DNA from: Chiloscyllium plagiosum
Lineage: Eukaryota
Assembly (NCBI RefSeq): GCF_004010195.1
Contig: NC_057719.1
Location: forward strand, 68,041,873-68,105,872
Length of the DNA stretch: 64,000 nucleotides
Direction: 5' to 3'
Made by a program: the position numbers and the translations under genes. The notes beneath the pieces are model-generated. The model was not told the DNA's origin. It saw only the letters and a program-made list of their open reading frames with translations, and searched no databases. Shown here one piece after another: positions 40,410 to 52,025 of the stretch. Each line of letters begins with the position of its first letter. The first letter of the stretch is position 1.

Positions 40410-42028
40410 AGCATATCAGCTTTGGGCCATGATACAGCACTTTGCTTTATAAACAGTTTTTTTTCATACCATCAATTCAGTTGTCACCACTGAAACATCA
40501 CAACAGGTGATTTAAAAAAAAAACTTGGTTTAAAAGGTATAGGTCGTAAAGAAGGTATTAAAATAAGATATGGAGAAGCAGAAGAATTTAAGAAGGAAAC
40601 TTTGGTCAATGAGGGCAGGTGGCTAAATGCATGGTTATCGTTTGCTTAGGGATGGGAAAGTTGCACAAAAGTCCCGAGCTTCAGAAACTAAGAATTGGAT
40701 GGTGTGAGATAGTGGTTGTATGACTGGAGGAACTTAGAATCAGGGAGGAGCAAGGTCTTAAAAAAGTAAAACAGTGAAGATGAGAATTCTAAATTTGAAC
40801 TTGGTCAGTGACTGGGAGCAAGGTGAGTCAGCAAAATCACCGGTGTTGCATAGGCTTTTGGTATATCAGCCAAAAGACAACTGCAACAGCCAAATGTCAA
40901 GGTGGTTACGCCATGAATAAAGTATTCGGCAGAGGCAAGCAATGAACACAACAGCTATTTCAAAGCACAGCTTAGAGACAAATAGGGATGCCAAAATTGC
41001 AAACAGAAGAAAGTGAGGTCTGCAGACACTGGAGATCAAAGTCGAAAAGTGTGGTGCTGGAAAAGCACAGTCGGTCAGGCAGCATCTGAGAAGCAGGAGT
41101 TCTTCATCAGGAATAGATGGTAGTCTACATTGAACAACTGTGTTAATTTGTATGCTTGTAACTGTAGCTATGTTTATTGTAAAACATTTTGAAATTTTTC
41201 ATGACCTTCACTATTCCTTTCAGAAGAGGAAAGATGTGTCTCCAACTTACCTAAGAAATGGCTGATTACACGACATATTCCTTTTTCCACCTTTATTAAT
41301 TCTGCATACTTTCTAATTGTATGAGATATTTTGCTTGGCAGAATGTAGAATGAATATTTTTAAGCTAGCAGTTTATCAGGATCACCTCATTTGTACTCTC
41401 AATGAGTGGGACCACACTGCTATACATTGCTCCATTTAGGAAGGGATTTTAAAAAAAAAATCAATTAGCTCACTGCTTGGTAAAGCAGAAAGAATATCGG
41501 GAAAAAAGAATTGCAAACAGTCTGGATGAACCAGAGACTAAGACAAACATGGAAGGAATCTGTAGGAAGGATACAGAAATCATAGCTGGTGCCAAGGATG
41601 ATAATTTCAGCCTTTAGACTAGGTTCAAAAGTCTAGTGGGCTACTTCTGATCCTATACAAATCAACGATTACCTGGATTAAGCTGTGCTTTATCCAAGAT
41701 TAGACATCCGATAAGCAGTCTAATGATGAAACAATAGAGAGGTCAAGAATTAGCACAGAAGTGAAGCTAGGCATCATCAACGTACATGTAGAAGCTGATC
41801 ACAACTATATGAACGGTATTGTCAAAATAAAGCATGCAGATCATACTGGGGATGTAATAAAGGAAACATATCTCAGGAACTAAGTGTGGAAGCAGACATG
41901 AGAAAGATGCTCTGGCTTGGTTGGGTAAGTAACAGCCAAGAGGAGAAAAAGAAAAGGCTTGGAGAAGGATGATGTGATCAACCATGTCAAAGGCTGCAGA
42001 AAAGATACTGAAGTACATGCATCATGTC
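40410..42028 (-). mobile_element. Decayed L2-clade LINE (3' end to RT), interrupted at 41007-41508
   Basis: ORF 41767-42018 has SAAFDMVDHIILL...FYMYVDD (L2 RT motifs); L2 3' region at 40410-41000. Confidence 0.7.
41007..41508 (-). mobile_element. Chimeric insertion: ~105 bp Penelope-like end plus ~400 bp unrelated DNA, 12-bp TSD
   Basis: Perfect TSD AATTGCAAACAG at 40995-41006 and 41509-41520; 41007-41115 is homologous to 23401-23500; the L2 reads through when the insert is removed. Confidence 0.7.
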
Positions 42029-42043
42029 TCACTCTGACTAAAG

Positions 42044-42174
42044 GGGTAAAAACAATGACTGCAGATGCTGGAAACCAGATTCTGGATCAGTGGTGCTGGA
42101 AGAGCACAGCAATTCAATGCCTGTCCTCGGATGCTGCCTGAATTGCTGTGCTCTTCCGCACCACTGATCCAGAA
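42044..42174. mobile_element. Penelope-like fold-back insertion with perfect 15-bp TSD
   Basis: TSD TCACTCTGACTAAAG at 42029-42043 and 42175-42189; arms gattctggatcagtggtgctggaagagcacagcaattca / tgaattgctgtgctcttccgcaccactgatccagaatc; same family as 24439-24618. Confidence 0.88.
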
Positions 42175-42229
42175 TCACTCTGACTAAAGCCAGCTCAGTT
42201 CAGTGACAGTAACATAAAATTAATGGGGG

Positions 42230-43390
42230 AGATTCAAATATGTAGTTGGATGAAAGACAGGCATGGATTTGTGCAACAGCTTTAAAAAATTCAGAGGAAA
42301 AGTACAGGAACACAAGAAATAAGGTGGAATGAACCATTTTGCCCCTCATGTATGTTCTGCACCTTGTTAAGATCACAGTTAATTTGGTTGTGGTCTGAAC
42401 TCCACTTTGTGCCTGGTCAGATCCCTCGTCAATCAAGTATCTAACAAAATCTCTCTTGAATAGATTCAATGACAGTCTCCACAAATCTCTGGGGAAGAAA
42501 GTTCCACAGACTAATGACCCTTTTGAGTCAGAGTCGTAGAGATGTACAGCATGGAAACAGACCCTTCAGTCCAACTCGTCCATGCTGACCAGATATCCCA
42601 ACCTAATCTTGTCCCATATCCCTCCAAACCCTACCTATTCATATACCCACTCAGATACTTTTTAAATGTTGCAATTGTACCAGCCTCCTCCACTTCCTCT
42701 GGCAGCTCATTCCACACATGCACCACCATTCTGCATGAAGAAGTTGCCCCTTAGGTTTCTTTTGTATCTTTCCCCTCGCACCCTAAACTATGCCCTCTAC
42801 TTCTGGACTCCCCCATCCCAGGGAAAAGACCTTGTCTATTGACCCTATCCATGCCCCTCATGATTTTATAAAACTCTATAAGGTCACCCATCAGCCTCTG
42901 ACGCTCTGGGGAAAACAGCGCCAGCCTATTCCAGCTCTCCCTAGAGCTCAAATCCTCCAACCCTGGAAACATCCATGGAAATATTTTCTGAACCCTTTCA
43001 AGTTTCAGGACAAAGGAGACCAAAACTGCATGTAATTTTCCAAAAGTGGCCAAACCAACATGCTTGTGGAAAAGAAAATCTTTATCTCTTTAAATGGGAC
43101 ACAATTTTAATATTGGGGGGTCCTCTAGTTCTAGACTCCCCATAAGGAGAAATATCATTTGCTAAGTCAATTCAACTCAGGGTCTTGTGTTTCAGCAAAA
43201 TCACTTCTCATCCTTTTCAACTTGAATGGATGGAATCCCAACTTGCTCAAGCATTCCTCCTAACACCCCTATTCCAGAAATCAGTTAAGTTCACTATGTG
43301 CAAGTACATCATCCTTACTGAAGTAAAATGATCAAAAATATACACAGTATTTCAGATGCATTCTTACGAAGGCCTTGTACAGTTGTAGAC
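42230..43390 (-). mobile_element. Old CR1 3' fragment with a younger HER1/CR1 3' fragment (~42524-43060) nested in it
   Basis: LERVQKIFPWMFPGLEDLS..RLMGDLIEFYKIMRGMDRV (ORF 42751-43053) and HER1 tail gagtcgtagagatgtacagcatggaaacagaccc. Confidence 0.82.
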
Positions 43391-43664
43391 ATAACTTGGA
43401 GATTGAGCATGAGGTTTAATTTAGTAGGCTTGTGTAATCTTATAAACCAAATGTTAACAGAATGCACAGTACAGTAAATGGTAGATTAATATAGTAGCTA
43501 AAGGGAAGTGAGAAATAAAAGGGATTATAAAATGAATTAAAATAAAGTGCAACAGAATCCAGGTGGCTGTATGATAATGTAATGCAGTAGAACATCTTTG
43601 ATTTGTGACCAGAACTAAGTCACTAAATTGGCTAAATCTTGTTAGCCTAATTTAAGTCAACTCT

Positions 43665-44015
43665 TTTTTTTAAAAAAGAATGCTTTCATGAGAGGTGAGT
43701 ATCATTGATAATTATAACTAATTGCCCCTTGAGGACAGTTTAGAGTCAACTACATTGTTTTGGGTCTGGATCAGATAAGGATAGATTGCTTCCTTCCATA
43801 GAAGGCATCAATGAATCAGATGGGTTTTCACAACAATTGATGGTGGTGATATTGAGAGTAACTTTTGTTCCAGATTTTTTTTGATTCATTCACTGAGTAT
43901 GCCAATTGAGTTTAAAGACCAGCTTCCATAGTGTGATGAGAACCCATATTCAGCATGAGTCTGCACCTCTGGATTCTTAGTCCGGTGACATTCATGTAAC
44001 ATCACTAGTCTCATC
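43665..44015 (-). mobile_element. Decayed CR1-like LINE 3' remnant
   Basis: ctaattgccccttgag..agagtcaactacattg..ggtctgga..tgaatcagatgggttttcacaacaat; opposite-strand relative of 34919-35020. Confidence 0.6.
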
Positions 44016-47000
44016 TGACTGGCTATGAATTATTAATACATACATAAGAATCAAATTTAAAAATTTGATGAGTGCAGAAATATTTATACACCAAAATTTA
44101 AAACATAGTAGTAGTTGGTTTATTTAAGAGTCTTTGGGAAAGATTTTAATTTTGCATTGTATATAAATGCTAATGATATGAAGCATCTGCAAAGTTGCAC
44201 CATGCAGCTTACTAGCAGAATTCTCCTTAATGATTTTAATATTATTTAAAGGTATCCTTCATTATTTTACTTCTATCATACAGTAATCATGTGGAGACAT
44301 ATTTTCTTTAATGATTTATTATATATGTGCTGAAATATTTTCCGAGTATTTGAAGTGTTAGCATTATTCTGAATTTACAGGCACTTCAGTTGGGTTTAAT
44401 GTACTCCAAGTGATAAAATATCACACATTTGAATGCAGGAGATCAAAGTAAAATAACTTATTTTACAGCAAACAGCAAAATGTCACAATTTTCACATTTC
44501 TGATGTGATATAGAAACATAAAGAAATGTCTCTGATATTTAAAAAGGTTTATTTGGTGTCTCTGGATCACTTGGGTGCATGCAAATCTTGATCTTAAGTT
44601 GAATTTTGCAGCACAAACATATCAACTTAGTTAGGGGAAAAGCAACATTGACAATTATGAAGGTACTAAGTTATTTTAGCTGGTTCACAAAGTGTATGCA
44701 TGCAAAAAACTTCGAACTTTGAGATTTATTCTCATCATACTCCCTTTGGGCCCTTTACCTCAGAAATGTAAATTAATACCCATTTAAGATTAAGTGTTCA
44801 CATTTTTATTTACCAGAAATCAAAATTTTAATATTTGCTTGTTTTGTTCACTGTTCTTTAGAAAATAAATGGAAAAATCTAATTCATCATTAATATCTAA
44901 TGCAGTCACTGATAGTTAATTGATCATTATTTTCTTTTGGGAATAATCTGGATGCCAGATTATACAGGCAACATTTTTCTTTGAAGGACACAACTTTTAA
45001 AATTCATTTTGCTGTGGCCAGTTTTTACTTTGAGTTTTCTACTGTACATATTAGTTAGCTAGCACTCATTTATTTCCCAGTTAGATAGTTTAGATAGCAC
45101 TATAATTAAAAGCTTTTATTTGCACATATTCCATTTACCCCCAAGTGATACATTATGATCCAATCGGCAACTTAGTTTCAGTAAAACTAAATTACAAATA
45201 CCTGAAGTATTTGCAAAACACAATCATTTTCTTGAGAAGATCAAGATACCATATGACAACATAAATACTCTTGGTACGACTTGTGAAAAATTACATCTAA
45301 TAGCTTATAACTAATTTCACTAAATCAAAAACATTTAGAATTAATTTATAATGCTCCATAACAACAGTTAATGATGCTTTAAATTTATCAATGATGCGCT
45401 GTTTAAAACTTTTAGCTCTGAATGGCTTTAAACGAAACCATACAAAATTTGCTGGAGTAATATAATCCCTGTGAAAATTACCATTACCAAACAACAGCAA
45501 TTTGAAATGAGAAGTAAGAAGGTCAACGCTGAACCATTTTGACAATTCCAAGTGGTCAATGATTATAACATACGACATTAGAAACTTTAACCTACCCACA
45601 TATGAGTGATAAATGAGGCATTTTGTGCCATTACATTCCCATAAATCACTTCAGTCAACTGCTGACGGCTTTTATCAGATATAACCTTTTCAAGCTTCTA
45701 TTTGACTGCTAACATTTTCAACTTTGACACATGTGCAGTTTACAAATTCCGCAGCTGATTAACTCTGGACAGCAAGTGACTGCTTCAAGGTGGTTAGAAC
45801 TTCATATTCTCAAACAACTCTAAACAGATATAAATACTGCCAAAATCCTCTCTATAAATTCCTGTGTACAGTCTTTAAAATTATTCAACAAATTTACTTT
45901 CTGCAATACATAATATCAGCCAGTCTTCATAATGTTCAATACGCTGTGGAGATTTTGATCTTAGTCATGTGTATACTGTAAGTCTAGTACTTCAGATGGC
46001 ATTAGTTTTGATAAGGGCTAACTAGACATCAAAACTTAGTAACGAAACCGGAGCTGACATACAGACAAAAGATGTAGGAAGGTCAGCGCAGACACTATTG
46101 CAACTGATAACCTCTTTATCATAGAAACCGCATATTCAAAAATTGTTGCATAGGAAACATCTCCCTATAGCATTAGTTTTCAGATCTCTTTCCCTTGACA
46201 TTTTTTGACATGCAACCCATGAGGAATTCACAAGTTCTTTATTTGAATAAAAATACAACATATCAAAGGAGCTGCAGAATAATAATTTGACAATTGAGAT
46301 ATAAATACTGGGCTCTGAAGTATTTGTCTCTGGCTAAAGATATATTTATTATCTAAAACAAAGGAAGTAATTTTCAGGGCAACATCAAAATGTACCAGTA
46401 AGGACTCAAATAATCACAGGCCAAAGAAGATAATCAAATAGTCACTGCATACAATAGTATGCTCTGTTTAACAGTACAGAAAGAACAATAGCAATGAACA
46501 ATCTCTCATGAAAATCCATGGTATGTCTATTAATGCACTTAAGATTTGGCTGTATGTAAAGGAAACTTTTATACAACTCAGATAGTTACAAAGATAGATA
46601 ACTCAATTTGTAGAACATGTTTCAAAATATTTGGATGTGAAAAAGGAAATGAAAAAAGATTGATGGCTGAGAAAGTTCACTGATTCCCCTGCCATAATAT
46701 TCATGCAATGGACCCGACAGCATTTTTGTACTGTCTTCACAAGCAAAGCTTCATTACCCATCACTCCACCGATTTTTTTTATTATGAGGTTACCAGTTTG
46801 CCAAACTATTGTTTCAATGATGAATGCTTGTAGGCAATTGTGCTGTAGCATTAAGAAAATGAAGTGATTTTTTTCATACTCAGCAAACATCAACATTTTT
46901 ATTTTACAGCTATTTTACGATTAAATCAATCAATTAACCATATAAAGGACAGTAACGGAATATGTTCAATTTCCAGATCGAGGAGATAAACAAAGAAATA

Positions 47001-47404
47001 ATGTTTCAGTTTATCCCGTTCTAATCTTGATAGTTTTATTTGACTCATTAACTTGCTGTTTCTGTTTTGCAGAAATTTATATTTGATGCCACAAACCATT
47101 CTCATAATTCCTTTATAATGCAGCTTTGAAAAAACCTACAAAACATTTGCTGTATAAGTTCTTTCTGCAGCTTCAAACATTACAATAGCAAATAGTTTTA
47201 AATTTTATACTCTGATGGAGGATGAGAATTATTTCTCAAAATGATGGTTCCAATGTAATGATTTATGAAGTACTGGTAAGATTTTCTTTTCCAAAGTATG
47301 CGCAACAGAATTATTAATTTGATGTCTGAAACATTTACATTGCATCATCACAAAGCATTTTTATGTATATATAAAATTATTAAAATACTTTTAAACAAAT
47401 AAAT

Positions 47405-48050
47405 TTCAGCTAATGGCATGATGTATTGCTAATTTTTCAGTTAATGGAAATTTTGGGAAGGACTGAAGATAATGGCTTCAGTGTTTCAAAAGTATTGAAG
47501 AAGAAATTTCAACTCATCTAATACTGGATACTGGAGGAAGTGATGACATAGGAGAGGTGTGAAAAGGAGGAGAGGTGGTGAGGTATGCCTGGGTGTCATC
47601 AGCATACAATGGAATTTGAAGTAATGCTTTCAGATTATGTTGCTGACAGTCAATGTGTAGAAAAGAAATAGGAAGGGACCAAGGATGATCAATGGAGGCC
47701 TCCACAGATAATGGTTCTAGAATGGTGGCAGAAGCAATTTCAGCTGGTTACAACTGAATGGATAGGACTGGAATCAAGTAAGGATAGATTTGTCTCAAGA
47801 AGAGGTGCGACAAGATGACGGTTTGGTCATCCATGTCAAAATCTGCAAACAGGAAAAATAGTTTATCATGGTCACAGTCACACAGCGTCATTGATAATGA
47901 TGTGGTCTTTGATTAGGGCTGTTTCAGTATTTTGTAAATTAACAGAAACCTGTTTGAAAGAACCCTAGCTAGGAACTGAGAGAAAATTGGTCACAGATTT
48001 GGAAGATGACATATTCAAGAACTGTGGAAAGGAAATAAACCAAGGAAAGG
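47405..48050 (-). mobile_element. Decayed L2-clade LINE RT fragment
   Basis: LYADDTQAYLTT motif in ORF 47514-47705. Confidence 0.7.
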
Positions 48051-51000
48051 CAGGAAATGGGGTAGCTCAGAATGCAATGCTAATAACAAAACTAAAATAA
48101 GGAAGTAATGGTCCTAGATGATAAACAGTGTTAAAGCTGGGGAAGACTGGAGGATGGTTCCATGACTTATTGTTTGCAATGTCATAAGTTGGTGATCTTA
48201 AGTTTCAGTATTATAATAATTATTTAGAATGGTTACCCAAAACTTTACATGATATTGTAAACATCGTATGTTCTCAGCATACTTATATACATTTAAGCCT
48301 CAGGGTTTTAAGTATTAGAGCAAATAATATCAATCCAATCAGGAGAAAAGGATTATGTCATATTTTACTTCCAGAACTTAACCTAACATCATGTCTGTAT
48401 GAAATGATGCAGTGTAGCAAGCCCCAAGGAGCAGTCTTTTACTGTTCCTGAAGAAATGTGATTTCAACAATAAAGAATGCATTCAAAATGTCAGATGTAA
48501 ATGTCAATTAAAAATTACATATAGGTCTGAATCGCAAGGTCTGGAGGTTGACATTCTTTGACATAGCAGAGTGTCTGTGACCAGGCCTTTGGCAAACTCA
48601 ACAGGATCTATGCTGTCAGCTCATATAGTACAGAAACTCAGACGCTTGTCTAATCTGAATGAAAAATAACATGAAAATTGGAGCTGAAGCCTTGCAGTAA
48701 TGCTGATGGACGCTGAAGGCGTTTTCTGTACCACATGACAGCTTCAACTAAACGAGACTGCATGCAAACATGAAACTACAGCTCAGTACAAGCAGAGTGG
48801 GAAATAAATAAACCAAATAGACTAAATTCATAATGCAATTAATGTTGTCAATATGATATTGGAGAGAGTAGAAATCACAATTTTATTGGATATATAAATG
48901 TGTACATCTAGTTAAACAAGTATAACATTTGCTACAACTTGTGTGTATATCTAACAATATTGTAGTTACATATGTCCATAGTTCACAGGGTCAGAGATAA
49001 AATAAAATTTTTAAAAGTGTTCTGATCACAGAATTGAGCATTCATCACAATTCATTATTTAAGATAATCACCATTACATTAATTATTTCCGTTGGGCATC
49101 TGATAAGGAAACAGCTTCTAAATCAGTATAATAGCTTTCCATATTCAATATGCGAATTAGTAAACTTTTTTTTGACTAATACCTTCTACTGCAAAGCTCC
49201 AACAAATTTACTTTGAGAATATGATCACTTGAAACCTGGCGGCCCTTTTAGTTCAGAGTAACATAATGCACCTCCCTTACTGCACTTCAAATTCTCCCAA
49301 GAGGTTACAGAAAAAACAAATATAAAATGTCTCTGACTTACAATGGGTGAGCCTTGGAAATCTGCTTTTATTCCCATGCATTTGACTCCGAGAAACTGGA
49401 GGCAAAGAAAGAAACTGGAGGCAAAGCTTAAGCAGAAATTAATACGATAATGACAAATAATAGGAATAACCTCATGGCGTCGGAATGTTTATCACATCAT
49501 CCAACTATTTCCTGCTGTATGATTGCAAGCAACAGAAACATTCTTAAGAAAAGACATCTTTTAAATGTGTGTCTACATGTCTTCTTGTGCTGACTGAACA
49601 TTTATCATGCATTCGCCAATTCCGATTGAAAATTAATAGTACTGCGATTGGTTTTTTCACCCTGCCTGCCAATAATGCAGCCTTGGCCTGACCTGCAGTC
49701 CCATGGTGCTATTCTAAGGTCAGACACTGCCAGCATTACACCAGTGTGTCAAAATATGTCAACAAACCATCCGCACTACAAGAAGAAGAATGACCTTTTA
49801 TTTCTTCATGTATGGAGTGCCGATAAAGCCAACAGAGGCTAGGTATGCATGAGCAGTTTTTCAAGCAGCTTGACACTCATAACCTTCCCAAGTGTATTTG
49901 CCAAACCACAAATGTACAAAACCACTACTCCAACTTTCCATAAAGTTACCACATCTTTATAGACATGCAATATTCCAAAACACTCTCAATTTGGCACATT
50001 TGGATCTGAGCCAATTTAATATAAAATCAGAGGTTACCTTAATCAATTTGTCTCCATATCCACAATTCTAACCATTGTACGCAAGTTCCAATCTTCAGGA
50101 GTGTCACTTCTTACATTTGCACAAATATGATTTGTGACCCATGCATTGTTAATTGTAAGATAAATGTACCATGATTATTTCTGTGAAATTATGGATGGAA
50201 TAACATTTTTGCCTTTGTGCCAAAATAATTTTACAGCGGTCTTAATGCCAAACTGAAGAAATGTTTTACAGTCCTTGGGAACAGCTTGAGGCACAATTTC
50301 TTTAAAAGGAAGATAACACTGAATATTAACCCTTAAAGCAAAACAATTTTTTTTTGAAAAGTACTCTTATGAAGACTCAGGAAATCACTTTGGCATGACC
50401 TACAGAAAAGCATTGTCTTTACTTGAACTGACAATAATGTAAAAGGGTTTCAGCACAGAACTAAATCTTAGTTAATTTCAGAAATTGTATTAGCATTCAA
50501 GAGCCAGAATCTATGTAGTAGTTTGTAATATGCCATGTACTCTATCAAACCAACAACCTGATAGCCAAATCCTCAAATGAAAACAACAATAAGCAGAAAA
50601 TAAGGGGAAGCAATTTATTGAAGAGCAACACCAAAATTGCAGGAATTTTATGTAGACTTGTTTGTGACATTACAGAGGAAATGACATAAAAATGTTGGCT
50701 TAAGAGAACATTCCTTTTAAGAAAAATTATACATGTCTCAACAAAAATAATAAGTTTCATTTTTTGTAATATAACATACTAACATCTAACTTAAGCCAAT
50801 GTTATCATGTGCTTGAATGGTTTTAGACCAAATTCCCTTCACATAGGAAACTCTTTGACCAATAAGGTATGAGAATGGTAGATTAATGAATTGTTTAATA
50901 TTAAAGTCAGGAAGATAAAAATCGAATCAAGATGTATTCCGAAATCCAATGCAAATTATTTTTCTAGCAGAAAGGACTATTATTTTTCCACTTTGCATGA

Positions 51001-51267
51001 CAAGTTGTCAGTTTCTACATCTAATATATAATGTCTGTATGATTCAGTACCAGAATTTGAAAGACATATCAGAGAATCTCAGTTAGCAGGGGTGGGTGGG
51101 GGAGAAGGTGAAGCGAAAACATAAGGACTACAGTAGAGAGGATATTATTTGAATAAATTATGCTCTACATATTAATGAATTTTTGTTAAAACTGCCAAAA
51201 CAACTCTGAGGACAATTCATATTTGTATGAACTAAAATGAATCATTTTACTTAAAGTAATCACAAGT

Positions 51268-51525
51268 GAGACTAGATTAGGTTGGGATACCTGATCGGCA
51301 TGGACAAGTTGGACCGAAGGGTCTGTTTCCATGCTGTACATCTCTATGACTCATGGAACAATAATTATGAACAAGCAAGGATGGCACAAAACTAGTAAAT
51401 AAAAATATATTAACATGTTTTACAAGGTAATTGTTGAACACATATAATCATAAGGCTGGCAACTGGAACTAGATTAGGTGAGGATATCTGGTCAGTATGG
51501 ACGAGCTGGACCGAAGGGTCTGTTT
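51268..51525 (+). mobile_element. Two short HER1/CR1 3' tails (51268-51352 and 51458-51525)
   Basis: actagattagg..gatayctg..catggac..ttggaccgaagggtctgttt occurs twice; the second copy runs into the gap. Confidence 0.8.
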
Positions 51526-52025
51526 NNNNNNNNNNNNNNNNNNNNNNNNNNNNNNNNNNNNNNNNNNNNNNNNNNNNNNNNNNNNNNNNNNNNNNNNNNN
51601 NNNNNNNNNNNNNNNNNNNNNNNNNNNNNNNNNNNNNNNNNNNNNNNNNNNNNNNNNNNNNNNNNNNNNNNNNNNNNNNNNNNNNNNNNNNNNNNNNNNN
51701 NNNNNNNNNNNNNNNNNNNNNNNNNNNNNNNNNNNNNNNNNNNNNNNNNNNNNNNNNNNNNNNNNNNNNNNNNNNNNNNNNNNNNNNNNNNNNNNNNNNN
51801 NNNNNNNNNNNNNNNNNNNNNNNNNNNNNNNNNNNNNNNNNNNNNNNNNNNNNNNNNNNNNNNNNNNNNNNNNNNNNNNNNNNNNNNNNNNNNNNNNNNN
51901 NNNNNNNNNNNNNNNNNNNNNNNNNNNNNNNNNNNNNNNNNNNNNNNNNNNNNNNNNNNNNNNNNNNNNNNNNNNNNNNNNNNNNNNNNNNNNNNNNNNN
52001 NNNNNNNNNNNNNNNNNNNNNNNNN
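51526..52025. other. Assembly gap (500 N)
   Basis: Run of N. Confidence 1.

Noticed and set aside
45297..45599. 100-aa minus-strand ORF in the CDIN1 orientation
   Set aside because: No similarity to CDIN1 or any family I recognise; better explained as a chance ORF in a non-coding element.
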